NCBI RefSeq assembly: GCF_009914755.1
Contig: NC_060931.1
Length of the DNA: 64,000 nucleotides
Origin: the human T2T-CHM13v2.0 reference genome, Homo sapiens
Reading direction: 5' to 3' (one strand)
How positions within the stretch are numbered: the stretch's first letter is position 1; every line of letters begins with the position of its first letter. Positions 1 through 12,938 of the stretch are shown here, piece after piece. The position numbers were made by a program, and so were the translations under genes. The notes beneath the pieces were generated by a model. The model worked only from the letters and a program-made list of their open reading frames with translations, searched no databases and was not told the DNA's origin.

Positions 1-3000
1 GCCACGCAGAGGGTCCTCCAGAGAATCACTGAGGGTCCCGGGGCTGAGGCTGCCACGCAGAGGGTCCTCCAGAGAATCACTGAGGGTCCCGGGGCTGAGG
101 CTGCCACGCAGAGGGTCCTCCAGAGAATCACTGAGGGTCCCGGGGCTGAGGCTGCCACGCAGAGGGTCCTCCAGAGAATCACTGAGGGTCCCGGGGCTGA
201 GGCTGCCACGCAGAGGGTCCTCCAGAGAATCACTGAGGGTCCCGGGGCTGAGGCTGCCACGCAGAGGGTCCTCCAGAGAATCACTGGGGGTCCCGGGGCT
301 GAGGCTGCCACGCAGACGGTCCTCCAGAGAATCACTGAGGGTCCCGGGGCTGAGGCTGCCACGCAGAGGGTCCTCCAGAGAATCACTGGGGGTCCCGGGG
401 CTGAGGCTGCCACACAGAGGGTCCTCCAGAGAATCACTGAGGGTCCCGGGGCTGAGGCTGCCACACAGGGGGCCCTCCAGAGAATCACTGAGGGTCCCGG
501 GGCTGAGGCTGCCACGCAGAGGGCCCTCCAGAGAATCACTGAGGGTCCCGGGGCTGAGGCTGCCACGCAGAGGGCCCTCCAGAGAATCACTGGGGGTCCC
601 GGGGCTGAGGCTGCCACGCAGAGGGTCCTCCAGAGAATCACTGAGGGTCCCGGGGCTGAGGCTGCCACGCAGAGGGTCCTCCAGAGAATCACTGAGGGTC
701 CCGGGGCTGAGGCTGCCACACAGGGGGCCCTCCAGAGAATCACTGGGGGTCCCGGGGCTGAGGCTGCCACGCAGAGGGTCCTCCAGAGAATCACTGAGGG
801 TCCCGGGGCTGAGGCTGCCACGCAGAGGGTCCTCCAGAGAATCACTGAGGGTCCCGGGGCTGAGGCTGCCACACAGGGGGCCCTCCAGAGAATCACTGGG
901 GGTCCCGGGGCTGAGGCTGCCACGCAGACGGTCCTCCAGAGAATCACTGAGGGTCCCGGGGCTGAGGCTGCCACGCAGACGGTCCTCCAGAGAATCACTG
1001 AGGGTCCCGGGGCTGAGGCTGCCACGCAGAGGGTCCTCCAGAGAATCACTGGGGGTCCCGGGGCTGAGGCTGCCACGCAGACGGTCCTCCAGAGAATCAC
1101 TGAGGGTCCCGGGGCTGAGGCTGCCACGCAGACGGTCCTCCAGAGAATCACTGGGGGTCCCGGGGCTGAGGCTGCCACGCAGACGGTCCTCCAGAGAATC
1201 ACTGAGGGTCCCGGGGCTGAGGCTGCCACGCAGAGGGTCCTCCAGAGAATCACTGGGGGTCCCGGGGCTGAGGCTGCCACGCAGACGGTCCTCCAGAGAA
1301 TCACTGGGGGTCCCGGGGCTGAGGCTGCCACGCAGAGGGTCCTCCAGAGAATCACTGAGGGTCCCGGGGCTGAGGCTGCCACGCAGAGGGTCCTCCAGAG
1401 AATCACTGAGGGTCCCGGGGCTGAGGCTGCCACGCAGAGGGTCCTCCAGAGAATCACTGAGGGTCCCGGGGCTGAGGCTGCCACGCAGAGGGTCCTCCAG
1501 AGAATCACTGAGGGTCCCGGGGCTGAGGCTGCCACGCAGAGGGTCCTCCAGAGAATCACTGAGGGTCCCGGGGCTGAGGCTGCCATGCAGAGGGTCCTCC
1601 AGAGAATCACTGAGGGTCCCGGGGCTGAGGCTGCCACGCAGAGGGTCCTCCAGAGAATCACTGAGGGTCCCGGGGCTGAGGCTGCCACGCAGAGGGTCCT
1701 CCAGAGAATCACTGGGGGTCCCGGGGCTGAGGCTGCCACGCAGAGGGTCCTCCAGAGAATCACTGAGGGTCCCAGGGCTGAGGCTGCCACGCAGAGGGTC
1801 CTCCAGAGAATCACTGAGGGTCCCGGGGCTGAGGCTGCCACGCAGAGGGTCCTCCAGAGAATCACTGAGGGTCCCGGGGCTGAGGCTGCCACGCAGAGGG
1901 TCCTCCAGAGAATCACTGAGGGTCCCGGGGCTGAGGCTGCCACGCAGAGGGTCCTCCAGAGAATCACTGGGGGTCCCGGGGCTGAGGCTGCCACGCAGAG
2001 GGTCCTCCAGAGAATCACTGGGGGTCCCGGGGCTGAGGCTGCCACGCAGACGGTCCTCCAGAGAATCACTGAGGGTCCCGGGGCTGAGGCTGCCACGCAG
2101 AGGGTCCTCCAGAGAATCACTGGGGGTCCCGGGGCTGAGGCTGCCACGCAGACGGTCCTCCAGAGAATCACTGGGGGTCCCGGGGCTGAGGCTGCCACGC
2201 AGAGGGTCCTCCAGAGAATCACTGGGGGTCCCGGGGCTGAGGCTGCCACGCAGAGGGTCCTCCAGAGAATCACTGGGGGTCCCGGGGCTGAGGCTGCGAG
2301 GCTGCCACGCAGAGGGTCCTCCAGAGAATCACTGGGGGTCCCGGGGCTGAGGCTGCGAGGCTGCCACGCAGAGGGTCCTCCAGAGAATCACTGAGGGTCC
2401 CGGGGCTGAGGCTGCCACGCAGAGGGTCCTCCAGAGAATCACTGGGGGTCCCGGGGCTGAGGCTGCCACGCAGAGGGTCCTCCAGAGAATCACTGAGGGT
2501 CCCGGGGCTGAGGCTGCCACGCAGAGGGCCCTCCAGAGAATCACTGGGGGTCCCGGGGCTGAGGCTGCCACACAGACGGTCCTCCAGAGAATCACTGGGG
2601 GTCCCGGGGCTGAGGCTGCCACGCAGAGGGCCCTCCAGAGAATCACTGAGGGTCCCGGGGCTGAGGCTGCCACGCAGAGGGTCCTCCAGAGAATCACTGG
2701 GGGTCCCGGGGCTGAGGCTGCCACGCAGAGGGTCCTCCAGAGAATCACTGAGGGTCCCGGGGCTGAGGCTGCCACGCAGAGGGTCCTCCAGAGAATCACT
2801 GAGGGTCCCGGGGCTGAGGCTGCCACGCAGAGGGCCCTCCAGAGAATCACTGAGGGTCCCGGGGCTGAGGCTGCCACGCAGAGGGCCCTCCAGAGAATCA
2901 CTGAGGGTCCCGGGGCTGAGGCTGCCACGCAGAGGGTCCTCCAGAGAATCACTGAGGGTCCCGGGGCTGAGGCTGCCACGCAGAGGGTCCTCCAGAGAAT

Positions 3001-3800
3001 CACTGAGGGTCCCGGGGCTGAGGCTGCCACGCAGAGGGTCCTCCAGAGAATCACTGAGGGTCCCGGGGCTGAGGCTGCCACACAGGGGGCCCTCCAGAGA
3101 ATCACTGAGGGTCCCGGGGCTGAGGCTGCCACGCAGAGGGTCCTCCAGAGAATCACTGGGGGTCCCGGGGCTGAGGCTGCGAGGCTACCACACAGACGGT
3201 CCTCCAGAGAATCACTGGGGGTCCCGGGGCTGAGGCTGCCACGCAGAGGGTCCTCCAGAGAATCACTGGGGGTCCCGGGGCTGAGGCTGCGAGGCTGCCA
3301 CGCAGAGGGTCCTCCAGAGAATCACTGAGGGTCCCGGGGCTGAGGCTGCGAGGCTGCCACACAGACGGTCCTCCAGAGAATCACTGGGGGTCCCGGGGCT
3401 GAGGCTGCCACGCAGAGGGTCCTCCAGAGAATCACTGAGGGTCCCGGGGCTGAGGCTGCCACGCAGAGGGTCCTCCAGAGAATCACTGGGGGTCCCGGGG
3501 CTGAGGCTGCGAGGCTGCCACGCAGAGGGTCCTCCAGAGAATCACTGAGGGTCCCGGGGCTGAGGCTGCGAGGCTGCCACACAGACGGTCCTCCAGAGAA
3601 TCACTGAGGGTCCCGGGGCTGAGGCTGCCACGCAGAGGGTCCTCCAGAGAATCACTGAGGGTCCCGGGGCTGAGGCTGCCACGCAGAGGGCCCTCCAGAG
3701 AATCACTGAGGGTCCCGGGGCTGAGGCTGCCACACAGACGGTCCTCCAGAGAATCACTGGGGGTCCCGGGGCTGAGGCTGCCACACAGAGGGTCCTCCAG
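1..3800. repeat. GC-rich minisatellite/VNTR, 51-bp unit, about 73 units visible, continues past the left edge
   Basis: Unit GCCACGCAGAGGGTCCTCCAGAGAATCACTGAGGGTCCCGGGGCTGAGGCT repeats head-to-tail. Point variants are ACG/ACA, AGAGGG/AGACGG/AGGGGG, GTCC/GCCC and TGAGG/TGGGG. Seven units are 59 bp. The array ends abruptly at ...GGTCCTCCAG (3800). Confidence 0.99.
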
Positions 3801-6800
3801 CTTTTGTGTACGCATGGGGCAGCCAGGTTTCCCCCAGCCCCTGCCTTCAGGCATTGGAGCCTACGACCCTGGGTTCTTTCTGCCCTTCATGAGCCCCAGC
3901 CATCCACTGTCTCTGCGGTTGGGTGCTGTCATCCGTGGGCTTCCCCGGAGGTCTCCTGATCATGCACCCCTTAGCATTCAACGACAGTAGCACTTCCTGC
4001 GGTTCAGTTACCAGGATGCTGCCTGCAGTTCTTCCCTGCGCGCAGCTGATCCTCCTGGTAGCACTGATCACGCTGCAGAGGACGACCATATCTTCATGGC
4101 TCCCTCTCCTCCTGGAACAGAAGCACCTTGGTGGCACTGTTTTGAATTTTGAGTGCCTGATGTAGTATTTGTTGTATAACCGTTGTTCAATAAATATATG
4201 TTGGTTGGTTGCTGCCTGCGTGCATGCATGAAGGAATGAATGAATGTGTGTCTGCCTTGGTGGCCCATTGGCGGGCCTCCTTCTGTTCCCTACTCGTACC
4301 TTGATGCTCACATGCCCTGGTTTCCCCACCATGGGTATACAAGTAAGCTCAGGTCGTTCTACCAAAACCCAAACAGTGAGTACCCAAAGCCCTCATCCAG
4401 CCCTGCTCCTGCCTCTTTCCTCCTTCCTTTCGGGTCTCAGACAGAGGATTTTTTTTTTTTCATTTTGATAATATAGGAGGATATGGCCAGTGAGTTCCTA
4501 GGAGCTGTTGTATTATGCACATTTTTAAAGCTACCTTTGAGAACCTTAGATCATCCATCGTTGGTATCAAATAAATAAGCGTTAGCAGTTCATAAAGACT
4601 CTGTCAGCAGAAGCCAAATTGCATACTTCCAATATAGCCCATTCTTTTTATTCTGCACAGTTTTATGGTCTACTGATTTACATGTCTTCCCTACTATTTG
4701 CTTATTTGATTTCCTCTAAGTAAAATACATTTTTCAGCAAATGTTGCTGTATGTATAAAATAATAGGCTTTCTCTAACGGTAAAACATCTCATCTCTAAA
4801 TATAGAAATCTCTGCAAATTTGTGATTCAAACTAATTTAAGTACAAACTGGTTACAGAACTGATTTGGAAGACAGTTGTTCCTCGTGAATTGTTAGTGTC
4901 ACGAAGGCTCCTCTATCCCAAACCTGGATGAATTGGGAAAGGTGTTCCTTCATGGGGTGTCTTTAGATCCAACAGAGCTTGACTCTACAACAATAATGGC
5001 AATAGAATGATAATAATAATAACCCGTGATTGCAGGGCATTCTGTCCTTCTTGGGTAACTTTCAAACTGAGCTCTGTAGTGTTTCCATCATTTACTCAGA
5101 TAACCAAAAAAAAAGCAAGAGAAAAATCTCATATTGCCAAAGGGAAGGGACTGAGAGGTGCTTATGACTAAACAATGTCCTTCAGAGGAGCCTGAAAGCC
5201 TGTTTTCTCCTTGCCTCTCCACTTCAGTTAAAAGCTGCTTCATTAAATATAGAAATTACGAGCATCTGAAGTGAGCTTTTCAAAAATAGACCAGCCGTTG
5301 GCCTCTTCTCACGTCTGTTTGCCCCGAGTTTTACACTTAGCACTAAGCTTCACCTCATTGAGGCTGAGTGGAGGGGCGGCCCCCACACCCACATCACACC
5401 CACAGCAGTCCTGATGGGGCTGCTGGACAGCAGTGGGGCCAATAGGAGCAAAGGGCTGCACAGGAGGCCCTGCTCACCTTTCACTACTTGTGTGACTTTG
5501 GACAAATCCCCTCACTTCTCAGCTTCTGCCTCTCACCTTGTAGACTGGGCATGGTATCATTCATCTCAAAGGACGGCTGTGAGGGCGGCACCCACCCGGG
5601 TTTGTAAGATCCTGTTGTGGAAGCCAGTTGGGGAGGGATGCTCTAAGTCCTAGCTCTTCGTGCTTTCTTACCATCTTATACTAGAATGCTGTTCCCCCCT
5701 TTCCTAACAGCACCCTGCCTCCTGGGGCTGGGAACTTTCTAGCCCTTTACCCTGCATTATTCTGACTACATTCTATGACCTTCTGACACTAGACTCGAGA
5801 TGTGTCTGTTTGCTGTTGAGCCCTCAATGCCTGGACCAGTGCCAGGTATACAGTAGGAACCTAATAAATGTCTGGGTAAGCCTCACTCCACCTACTGAGC
5901 TGAAATGAGACGGTGTCTTTTGCCCTACTGAGGAGGACCAATTTAGGAGGGCTCTGCCTTCATCCCCCCACTGAGAGAAGAGGCTTCTAAACTCCAGATG
6001 GTTCCATGAGGCAGCCTGTAAATTAACAAGACAAGTCATCATTAAATGCTGGTCACCCCTTGTTTTAGTAGCGTCTTTGCTCTAGTTTTCTAGTGCCATG
6101 GGGACAGGAGCCAGTTTCCAGGATGACTTCATATTCCCCAAAGCATCTTCCTGTATTGAGCACACCAGAGGGACCAGGCTCCTAAGGCCTTATGGATTGA
6201 TTAATTGTTAAATCATTTAAAGACCCAATTAGCATTTCATCTCTCCTCCTGAAATCAGAGTCTAATTCTCATGGGCCTGGAGTACAGAGAAAACCCAATT
6301 TACAGAGCTGACTTGGAGACCCTGAGGCATTGGGAGAGGTTTCTTTCTATAAAACCAGTTCTGACAGAGCCCTCGTAAGGAGTGAAGAATTTAATACTGT
6401 TTCCCCCAGAGTTATCAAGCCCTGTCATCTTCATCCTCAGAGTGAAGTCAAAGAAGATGGGTTTGACCAAGTCATCATTTGTGCATTAAAGGGCCAATGC
6501 TTTTTATGTAGAAAAAAAGTACTTATCTGATCCTCTTCTGCCAGAGCAATTCCCCCTACAGCCACAATTTCACCAATTGCTTTCTTTCGAGTCTTTTTCA
6601 AAACTGTTTTTCTCACACACACCTTGCTTCATCTCTCTCCCGTACTGTTGGGTTTCCGTTACTGTTGTTGTTAATTTCTGATATTCCTGAGGTGTCCTGT
6701 GCCTGACGGTGGTTTTCCCCCTATTCTCTTTCAATTACAAAGTGACTCAGCACTGGGCTTCGCTTCCATTGTTCTCTGGGACCTCTTCCATTTATCAGCC

Positions 6801-7021
6801 TCTGTGCTTATCACTGTCTGTGAGTCACTCTACTGATCATTTATCTCCTTTCAAAGCTGGCAGAGTAATGCTTCGACGCAATCTATCCCCATTAGATAAG
6901 ATTTTCTGAAATGGATTCAGAATATATTAAAGCCTCATTTATCTGTTATTGATGGGTTAGTCAAGGATCTCACAAAGCTTCATTTTCCAAATAACCAAAA
7001 CTTATCATTTAAAGAAATAGT

Positions 7022-7320
7022 GGCTGGCCGCAGAGGCTCACGCCTGTAATCGCAGCACTTTGGGAGGCCGAGGCAGGTAGATCACGAGGTCAAGATTTCA
7101 AGACCAGCCTGGCCAAGATGGCGAAACCCTGTCTCTACTAAAAATACAAAAATTAGCCGGGCGTGGTGTTGGGCACCTGTAATCCCAGCTACTCAGGAGG
7201 CTGAGACAGAGAATTGCTCGAACTCAGGAGGCGGAGGTTGCAGTGAGCCGAATTGCACCACTGCACTCCAGCCTGAGCTACAGAGCGAGACTCCATCTCA
7301 AAAAAAAAAAAGAAAGAAAA
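7022..7320 (+). mobile_element. Alu (AluS-like), full length
   Basis: Dimeric Alu with A-tail; target-site duplication (TSD) AAAGAAATAGT at 7011-7021 and 7321-7331. Confidence 0.95.
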
Positions 7321-7347
7321 AAAGAAATAGTTTATATTTCCAGAATA

Positions 7348-10035
7348 AGGCACGCCATCTTCTATTGCATGCCTCAGGTATTGCACGTTTGTTTTTGTTA
7401 TTTACAAACTGGAGGTTTGCAGCAACCCTGTGTTAAGTAAGTCTATTGATGCAATTTTTCCAACGGCACCTGCTCACTTAGTGTCTCTGGTCACATTTTG
7501 GGAATTCTCACAATGTTTCAAACTTTGTCACTATGATTGTATCTGTGATGGCACTCCCTGATCACTGATCTTGAATGTTACTATTGTAATTGTTTTGGGA
7601 CACCATGAGCCACGCCGATGTTAAGATGGCAAACTTAAGCTATAAATGCCTTGTGTGTTCTGACTGCTCCACCAACAGGCCATTCCCTGTCTCCCTCCGT
7701 CTCCTTGGGCCCCTGTATTCCTTGAGCCCCACAGTGTGAAATTTGGCCAGTTAATAACCCTGCAAAGGCCTCTGAGTGTCCATGTGAAAGAGAGGGTTGT
7801 ACGTCTCTCACTAGAAAGCAGACTGGAAATGATGAAGCTTAGTAAGGAAGGCATATCGAAAGCCAAGACAAGACAAAAGCCAGGCCTCTTGCCCCAGTTA
7901 GCCAAGCTGTGAATGCAAAGGGAAAGTTATTGAAGGACATTTAAAGTGCTCCAGGGAACACACAAATGATAAGAAAGTGAAACAGTCTTATTGCTGATGT
8001 GGAGAAAGTTTGAGTGGTCTGGAGAGAAAAATCAAACCAGCCTCAACATTCCCTTAGGCCAAAGCCTAACCCAGAACAAGGCCATAGCTCTCTTCAGTTT
8101 TGTGAAGACAGAGAGGTGAGGAAGCTGCAGAAGAAAAATTGGAAGCTAGCAGGGGTTGGTTTGTGAGATTTAAGGAAAGATGCCGTCCCCATAACATAAA
8201 AGTACAAGATAAAGCAGCAGGTGCTGATGGAGAAACTTGGTAAGTTATTCAGAAGACCTAGCTAGGAACAGTGACGAGGGTGGCTACAGTAACAAGAAAT
8301 TTGCAGTGTAGACGAAACAGCCTTTTATGGGAAGAAGATACCATCTAGGACTTTCCTAGTTACGGAGGAGAAATCAATGTCTGGTTTCAAAGCTTCAAAG
8401 GGCAGGCTGACTCTCTTGTTAGGGGCTAATGGAGCTGGTGACTTTAAGTTGAAGCCAACACTCATTTACTGTGCTGAAAATCTTAGGGCTCTTAAGAACG
8501 ATGCTAAATCTACTTTGCCTGTGCTCTGTAAATGGAACAGCAAAGCCTGGATGACAGCTCTTCTGTTTACAGCATGTTTTACTGAATATTTCAAGCCTAC
8601 TTTTGAGACCTGCAGCTCAGAAAAGAAAAATTCCTTTGAAAATATTACTGCTTATGGACAGTGCACCTTGTCATGCTAGAGCTTTGATGGGAATGTACAA
8701 GGAGATGAATGTGGGTTTCATGCCTGCTAGCACAACATCCGTTCTGCAGACTGTGGATGAAGGTGGACTTTTGACCATCAAGTCCCATTATTTAAGGAAT
8801 ATATTTCATAAGACTATAGTTGCCATGGATGATAATTCCTCTGATGGATCTGGGCAAAGTAAATGGAAAACCTTCTGGAAAGGATTCACCATTCTAGATA
8901 CCATTAAGAATGTTTGTGGGCTGGGCGCGGTGGCTCACGCCTGTAATCCCAACACTTTGGGAGGCTGAGGTGGGTGGATCACAAGGTCAGGAGATCGAGA
9001 CCATCCTGGCTAACATGGTGCAACCCCATCTCCACTAAAAATACAAAAAATTAGCCGGGCTTGGTGGCGGGTGCCTGTAGTCCCAGCTACTCGGGGGGCT
9101 GAGTCAGGAGAAGGGCATGAACCCAGGAGGCGGAGCTTGCAGTGAGCTGAGATCGTGCCACTGCACTCCAGCGTGGGCGACAGAGCGAGACAACATCTCA
9201 AAAAAAAAAAAAAGAATGTTTGTGATTCATGGGAGGAGATCACAATATCAATATTAACAGGAGTTGGGAAGAAGTTGATTCCAGCCCTCATGGATGAGGC
9301 TGGAGGGGTTCAAGGCATCCACGGAGGAAGTTGCTGCTGATGTGGTGGAAACAGCAAGAGAACTAGAATTAGAGGTGGATCCTGAAGATGTAGCTGAACT
9401 GCTGCAATCTCATGATCAAACTTGTCCAGATGAGGATTTGCTTCTTATAGATGAGCAAAGCAAGTGGTGTGGGACAGCATCTACTTTTGGCAAAGATACC
9501 GTGAACATTGTTGAAATGGCAACAAGGCCTTAGAATATTGCATGAACTTAGCTGGTAAAGCTGTGGCAGGGTTTGGGAGGATTGACTCCAATTTTGAAAG
9601 AAGTTCTACTGTGGGTAAAATGTTATCAAACAGCATCACATGCTACAGAAAAGTCTTTCATGAGAGGAAGAGTCCGTTGATGCGCCAGGCTTCACTGCTG
9701 TCTCGTTTGAAGAAATTGCCACAGTCCCCCCAGCCTATAGCCCCACCACTCCGATCAGTCCACAGCCATCAACATCCAAGCAGGACCCTCCACCAGCAAA
9801 AAGACTGTGACTCACTGAAGGCTCAGATGATCACCTTTTTTAGCATGAAGTATCTTTAAGGTGTGTACATGTTTTTTAGACATAATGCTATTGCACACTT
9901 AATAGACTGCAGTAGAGTATAAACAGAACTTTTATATGCACTGGGAAACCAAAACGTGTGTGACTTGCAAATTGCAATATTCACTTCATTGTGGTGGTCG
10001 GGAACTGAACGTGCAGTATCTCTGAGACATGCCTC
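7348..10035 (+). mobile_element. Tigger1 (TcMar-Tigger) DNA transposon, essentially full length, decayed transposase
   Basis: Decayed terminal inverted repeats (TA-AGGCACGCC... and ...CTGAGACATGCCT). Pogo/TIGD1-like peptides [45 protein letters not shown] and WKTFWKGFTILDTIKN are broken by frameshifts and stops. About 2.4 kb after removing the Alu. Confidence 0.95.
8919..9211 (+). mobile_element. AluY inserted into the Tigger1 transposase
   Basis: AluY diagnostic segments GAGATCGAGACCATCCTGGCTAAC and GGCGGAGCTTGCAG; TSD AAGAATGTTTGTG at 8906-8918 and 9212-9224. Confidence 0.93.
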
Positions 10036-11864
10036 TCTATCACAAGGCCCTTCACATTATGAAACAGGTGATATTGAACACAAGAGATATTATCAAGGGG
10101 ATTTTCACAGAGGGGAGAGACTGAAACTGGGAAAAATCAATATTTCCTTCCAATGCTTGAGTCCTGTGATTTACCAAAATATCACACTTTGCCCTGGGCC
10201 ATCACACTGAGTGTGACTTTGAGCCAATGGAGTGACTTCGGGGGACAGTCGCAGAGAAGGACGTGTGCGTCTCTGCACATCACGGGCACTCAGGTCCTCG
10301 GGCACTGCCAGGCGGGTAGCTCTTGCCGCCTACACTAAACGCCTCAAGACTAGTTTGCTTTCTAAGTTTTTAAGTATTTGTTTTTAATCTTTTAAAAAAT
10401 CTTTTTACATCCCTCAATCTCAGGCTGTTGCGACCGTTTTTGCTGTTGGGTGTGCCTGCTTCGGGTAGATACTTCTCATCTGTTGCTTGTGGTCTGCTGG
10501 CAGGGGGAAAATCTGAAACCACTCTGACTAGAATCACATCCTAGCTGAGAGGGGGCAGAGGGATGGAGGGACATGTGTGAGCATATTCCAGGGACTGTGA
10601 GAGCTGACCCCTGGAGGACAGAAGCTGCCCCGTGAGTAGCCTCCATTTAAGTGAGTGTCTGCAAAGCACTGCAGCCTCAAGAGAAAGGCAGTCCACCCAC
10701 CTGGCAGATGGGTTGTTTCTGTGTGCACTCTCACCTTGGGCTAAGAGAAGCGTGATTTGAAATCAAGTGCAAGAGGCCGCATTTTCACCTCTGTGAGAAA
10801 GACAGACTTTTAGAATTTAGAATTCGATCAAACATAACCCCGTTGAGGTCATCAGAGAAAGTGTGCAGAGACACAGCAGCTTGTCAGGGGCCACAGGTCA
10901 CCCATTTCTGTTGTCTCCCAGGAGCCTGTTCACATCTTATAGCATATGGTCACCTGGCCCGAGAATGTCTGTTTTGCAAGGTTTGTCCTGAGCTGGCTGT
11001 ACAACCCTCTCCTGCCCTGGCTTCTCTCCAACTCCTACTGTGTGTGTCTGCAGAGCTGCCTGGCTCCTCGAGCCTCTAACCCACCTTTAGTTTCACGGCC
11101 TATCTCCCATCCTGACTATTACAGATGGTCATCTGACATTGTGTCCAGTCTGTGAGAACGGCTTCCAATGAGCTGCCCTTGGGGTCCCAGAACCAATGTC
11201 AAAAAGACATCCCAGAAATTGTGAACATAAGCTCATTGCTGGTCTCTCTGTGCAGGCCAGTGCATTTTCCCTCAACCCTGTCTGGCCTCTCTGCCACCCA
11301 GGGCAAATCCTGCATTCCTACCACTCTCACCGACCCCAAGCCTCCCAGAGTTGAATCACTGGCTGCATGGTTGAACCTAGTCCCCAGCCCCCTCCACTCC
11401 CCAGAGGTCAGAAGGCTGAGCCGTCACCACTGGCTCAAAGCCCCAACCCTCTTATCCCCATGACTGGCCTTCCCAGCATGGCCAGACCCATCCTGGAAGG
11501 ATCTTGGGGCCCACCATGAGTCCACCCAAGAAGCATAAGCTCAGCTGTGGTCTGAGAGGTTCACCATGGTGGCGAAAACCGTCCCAGTCACTCAGGAAAC
11601 TAAAACAGTCTGGAAGTTCCATCTCAGATCAGATACATTCTTTATGATAAACCATCTTATTTGGCTATATCTGTCAGATTTATTCATATTTTCTTTTCAG
11701 GTGGGACTTTTTCAACAACTTTGGTTTGGTTTCAGACCACACCGATTCAGATTGCAGCAGGGGGAATAGGAAATGGGGCTTGGGAGGAGTAGAATTGATA
11801 ACTGGCATTTCCGCCTCTAATGGAGATTCGGTTATTGGAGAACTCAAATAGAAATGACAGCTCT

Positions 11865-12000
11865 GCCCAGGTGCAGTGGCTCATGCTTATAATCCCAGCA
11901 CTTCGAGAGGCCGAGGTTGGGGAGGATCGCCCAAGGCCAGGAGTTTGAGACCAGCCTGGACAGTATAGTGAGGCCCTGTCTATACAAAAAATAAATAAAA
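11865..12000 (+). mobile_element. Alu monomer (FLAM-like)
   Basis: Single left-arm-like monomer followed by an A-rich tail. Confidence 0.8.
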
Positions 12001-12938
12001 GAAACAAACTATTCCTTTTCTGATTCAAAACTTAATTCACAATTAAAGAGAAAACAAGACGACATCCTGGGCTCGCATTTATTCTTTATCGCACTAATGT
12101 ACAATGTAGTTGCAGTCTACATTAGAAATATTAGTATGCTTATAAATGGTGCGTATGGGTTAGAGCTGTTTCTTGGGGAACTGAAAGCTCAAAACAGCTT
12201 AATAAATTTCAAAATGTAATGAGTACATTTTTAAAATTAAAAATATCAAGTATAATTATGGCTTTGTGTTCTGACCTGTGTGGGTCAGCAGTACCTGATG
12301 TCTGAGAGACCAAAAGCTGGTTAGCGGTGACCCGGGTCACACTCAGCATCCCCTCTTCCCGGCACTGCCTGGCAGCGTTTATGGAGGGGCAGCCATCCAG
12401 GACAGCCCCGGAACAGGGTCCTGCTCCGGATTCAGGAGACGTGAAGGTTCAGTACAGGGCCCGGGCAGCTCATGGTTTTAAGGTTGTAGACTCAGCCTTG
12501 GTAGAAACCATGTAGTAGGGTTTTGCAGCTTTGTCACTGGTTAAGTCCCAGTAAAAACTTTTTTTTTTTTTAACTAGTAACTTATTTAAAGAATTTATTC
12601 GCTTTAATTGCATTTCCATTTCATAGCCTTGCTGATGTGTTCTTTACCATTTCCATGGGATTTTAGTGAGTGGTTTCACCACACTTCCTCCAAATCCCCA
12701 TAACTCCAGCAGAAGACATAATGACAATGTAACCTCATGCTGTCAATAAATGCGGCAACTGTGTGGTCTAAGAATACATGCAGGCATTTTCGCTCATAAC
12801 TCTAAATGGCTAGTGTTGGAAACATTCCCGTTACATGTATCGGGACTTTTCCTGCATATGTGGCATTTCCATGACCAGCTTCTAGTTGTAAAAAACAAAT
12901 TGTTGACCACGTTTTCTCAATTAAATAATGTATGTGTA

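Noticed and set aside
1-3800. CRISPR-like array
   Set aside because: Units are contiguous with no unique spacers, there are no cas genes, and the context is a eukaryotic intron.
1585-3854. Long repetitive ORFs (269 aa, 275 aa and others) as real genes
   Set aside because: They are a by-product of a stop-poor 51-bp unit. They occur on both strands and are broken by the 8-bp duplications.
8377-9859. TIGD1-like domesticated transposase gene
   Set aside because: Frameshifts, stops and an AluY insertion show it is an ordinary Tigger1 fossil.
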